Of a stretch of 64,000 bases of DNA, positions 61,941 through 64,000 are shown in pieces. A program made the translations under genes and the position numbers. The stretch's first letter is position 1. Each line of letters begins with the position of its first letter. The DNA is taken from positions 10,489 to 74,488 of the forward strand of contig CACJFS010000005.1 in NCBI GenBank assembly GCA_902592715.1, written 5' to 3'. Source of the DNA: an uncultured Pelagibacteraceae bacterium (GTDB taxonomy: Bacteria > Pseudomonadota > Alphaproteobacteria > Pelagibacterales > Pelagibacteraceae). The notes beneath the pieces were generated by a model. That model had not been told where the DNA came from. It did not search any database and was given only the letters and a program-made list of their open reading frames with translations.

Positions 61941-63670
61941 TACATTTTTTCAGGTGTGTCTACACCCAAAATATTCATACCAGTTTTCAAAGTATTGGCT
62001 ATAGATTTTAGGAAAACTAGTTTTTCCATTTTAATTGTATTGTCTTGATCGATAAATCTTTTAGAAACATCTTCCTTGCCCATATTCCAATAGGAGTGGA
62101 ATTCAGAAGCTAATTCATAAAGATAAACTGAAATTCTATGTGGTTCTAATTTTTCTGAAGAAACTTCAACACATTTAGGCCATGCACTAATTTTTTTGAA
62201 TAATTTTATTTCTTCATTCGCAAAATTAAAATCTGAATTCTTGACCTCAAGATTGCTATTGATATCATTTTGGGTATTTCTAAAAACAGAAGAAATTCTA
62301 GCATATGCATACTGAACATAGTAAATAGGATTTTCTTTCGATTTTTCTTTTACTTTGTCAAAATCAAAATCAATTTCTGCATCACTGCTTCTGCTTAACA
62401 TAATAAACCTTGTTGCATCCTTACCCACTTCATTAATAAGATCCTCAATAGTAATATAATCACCTTTCCTTTTAGACATTTTAAAAGGTTTTTTATCTTT
62501 AATAAGTTTTACTAACTGACTAACTTTGCAAATTAATTTATTTTTTTCACCTGACAAAGCTTCAACTACAGAAGTAATTCTTTTAATATAACCAGCGTGA
62601 TCGGCACCAAGTATATTTATAAGAATATTAAAATCTCTTTTTAATTTTGTATTATGATAAGCAACATCACTTGCAAAATATGTCCATGATTTATCTTCTT
62701 TTTGAAGAGCTCTATCTTTATCATCACCAAATTCTGTAGATTTAAATAATAATTGCTCTCTTTCCACCCAATTTTCGTTACTTTCTCCTTCTGGAGCTTT
62801 AATTTTTCCTTCATAAATATATTTTTTATCTTTTAAATTTTTAATTACTTCATCAACTTCATTATTATTTATAACTTCAGTTTCGCTGGCAAAGTTATCA
62901 TGTTTTATACCAAGATTTTCTAAATTAATTTTTATCAACTTTAAAGACTCTTGTATTGAAAGATGTTTTAGTTTTTCTGATACAGAGTCAAAATTTTTAA
63001 AATCTAAATCTTTATTATTTGAAATTATTTTTTTTGCTATATCTATAAGATAGTCTCCAGGATATAAATCCTTATCTTCTATAGGAAAAGTTTCACTATA
63101 AAGTATTTCTTTTATTCGTAAATAAACTGATTTTGTAAAATGAGAGATTTGATTTCCATAATCATTAACATAATATTCTTTGGTAACTTTATGACCATTA
63201 AAAGATAAAAGATTAGATATTACATCTCCAAGTATAGCGCCTCTTGAGTGACCCACGTGCAAAGGTCCAGTTGGATTGGCAGAAACAAACTCTACTAAAT
63301 AACTATTTTTTTTCCCACTAGCACTATTTCCATATGATGAATTATTTAAGACATCTAATATAAAGCCATTCCAAAATTCATTTTTGAATTTAAGATTAAT
63401 AAAACCTGGTTTTTCAATACTAATTTCATCAATATTGCTATCACTATCTTTTATTAAATCAGCTATCTGCTTAGCAAGTTCTATAGGAGGTTTTTTATTA
63501 ATTTTGGATAAAACCATTGCAACATTTGTAGAAATGTCTCCACTAAACTTTGCAGGTGGAATATCAACATTGATACCCGATAAATTATCTGGCAACTCTA
63601 ATAAATTATCTTTGTGGGCAGACTTAATAATTTTTTCTATCTTTAATAAATAATTTTCAAATATATTCAT
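61940..63670 (-). CDS. argS: Arginine-tRNA ligase
   Basis: SANPTGPLHVGH, GADH, KMSKRKG, YVQYA.AR, PEKM. Confidence 0.97.
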   Translation of the reverse strand: MNIFENYLLKIEKIIKSAHKDNLLELPDNLSGINVDIPPAKFSGDISTNVAMVLSKINKKPPIELAKQIADLIKDSDSNIDEISIEKPGFINLKFKNEFWNGFILDVLNNSSYGNSASGKKNSYLVEFVSANPTGPLHVGHSRGAILGDVISNLLSFNGHKVTKEYYVNDYGNQISHFTKSVYLRIKEILYSETFPIEDKDLYPGDYLIDIAKKIISNNKDLDFKNFDSVSEKLKHLSIQESLKLIKINLENLGIKHDNFASETEVINNNEVDEVIKNLKDKKYIYEGKIKAPEGESNENWVEREQLLFKSTEFGDDKDRALQKEDKSWTYFASDVAYHNTKLKRDFNILINILGADHAGYIKRITSVVEALSGEKNKLICKVSQLVKLIKDKKPFKMSKRKGDYITIEDLINEVGKDATRFIMLSRSSDAEIDFDFDKVKEKSKENPIYYVQYAYARISSVFRNTQNDINSNLEVKNSDFNFANEEIKLFKKISAWPKCVEVSSEKLEPHRISVYLYELASEFHSYWNMGKEDVSKRFIDQDNTIKMEKLVFLKSIANTLKTGMNILGVDTPEKM

Positions 63671-64000
63671 TTGTGTGACTTGTATAATTGTATTGCGTAT
63701 CTATCAGTCATTCCTGATATATAATCAGAAATTGCTCTATATTTATTATTATCTATAGATTTATTAATAATAAACTTTTTGGGTTTCTTTTCTATTATTT
63801 TAAATAAATTTTCTACTATTTTTTTTCCTCGATTATTTTTCAATTGCACAATCTTATTATTGTACATATTTACTTTTAAAAAATTTTTAACTTCTTTTTC
63901 TAATGATAAAAATTTACTAGAGAAATTGATTATTTTATCTTTATACATATAAACGTCTCTTTTAGTATTGATCTTATTTTTCTTTAAATTTTTAATACTA
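63667..64000 (-). CDS. dgt: dGTP triphosphohydrolase, C-terminal part (truncated by the window edge)
   Basis: R.ISDYISGMTDRYA motif; dgt-argS synteny. Confidence 0.85.
   Translation of the reverse strand, partial: SIKNLKKNKINTKRDVYMYKDKIINFSSKFLSLEKEVKNFLKVNMYNNKIVQLKNNRGKKIVENLFKIIEKKPKKFIINKSIDNNKYRAISDYISGMTDRYAIQLYKSHK

Overview
AT-rich, extremely compact alphaproteobacterial chromosome segment. Gene content, synteny and near-zero intergenic spacing fit a SAR11/Pelagibacter-type genome (inference). Most of it is housekeeping: glyA-nrdR-rib-nusB-thiL, hppA, hom/argC/rpsI/rplM, two metY paralogues, plsX/ihfA/rpmF/rpmG, metG-holB-tmk-dacA, recG, tgt-coaD-gyrA-ssb/uvrA, secDF-yajC-serS-tatABC-scpAB-nagZ-argS, and 4 tRNAs. 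No prophage, IS or CRISPR is visible. The exceptional region is about 11.9-14.6 kb. Gene orientation flips there from all + to mostly -, and KOPS-like GGGNAGGG octamers converge on it, so it is probably the replication terminus. It holds a lone Cre-like tyrosine recombinase with a loxP-like 13-7-13 inverted repeat over its own promoter. This is a candidate single-recombinase chromosome-dimer-resolution system that is not XerCD/dif. The region also has a GC-rich, multi-hairpin ncRNA with GNRA loops and potential kissing loops, ending at the start codon of an O6-methylguanine methyltransferase. A second, rod-shaped ~195-nt candidate RNA (6S-like architecture) lies in an unusually long non-coding gap. 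Other points: uvrA is split by a +1 frameshift in a T8 run, and an 87-aa membrane protein occupies the usual alphaproteobacterial ftsN slot. All motif and structure calls were made by eye, without software.
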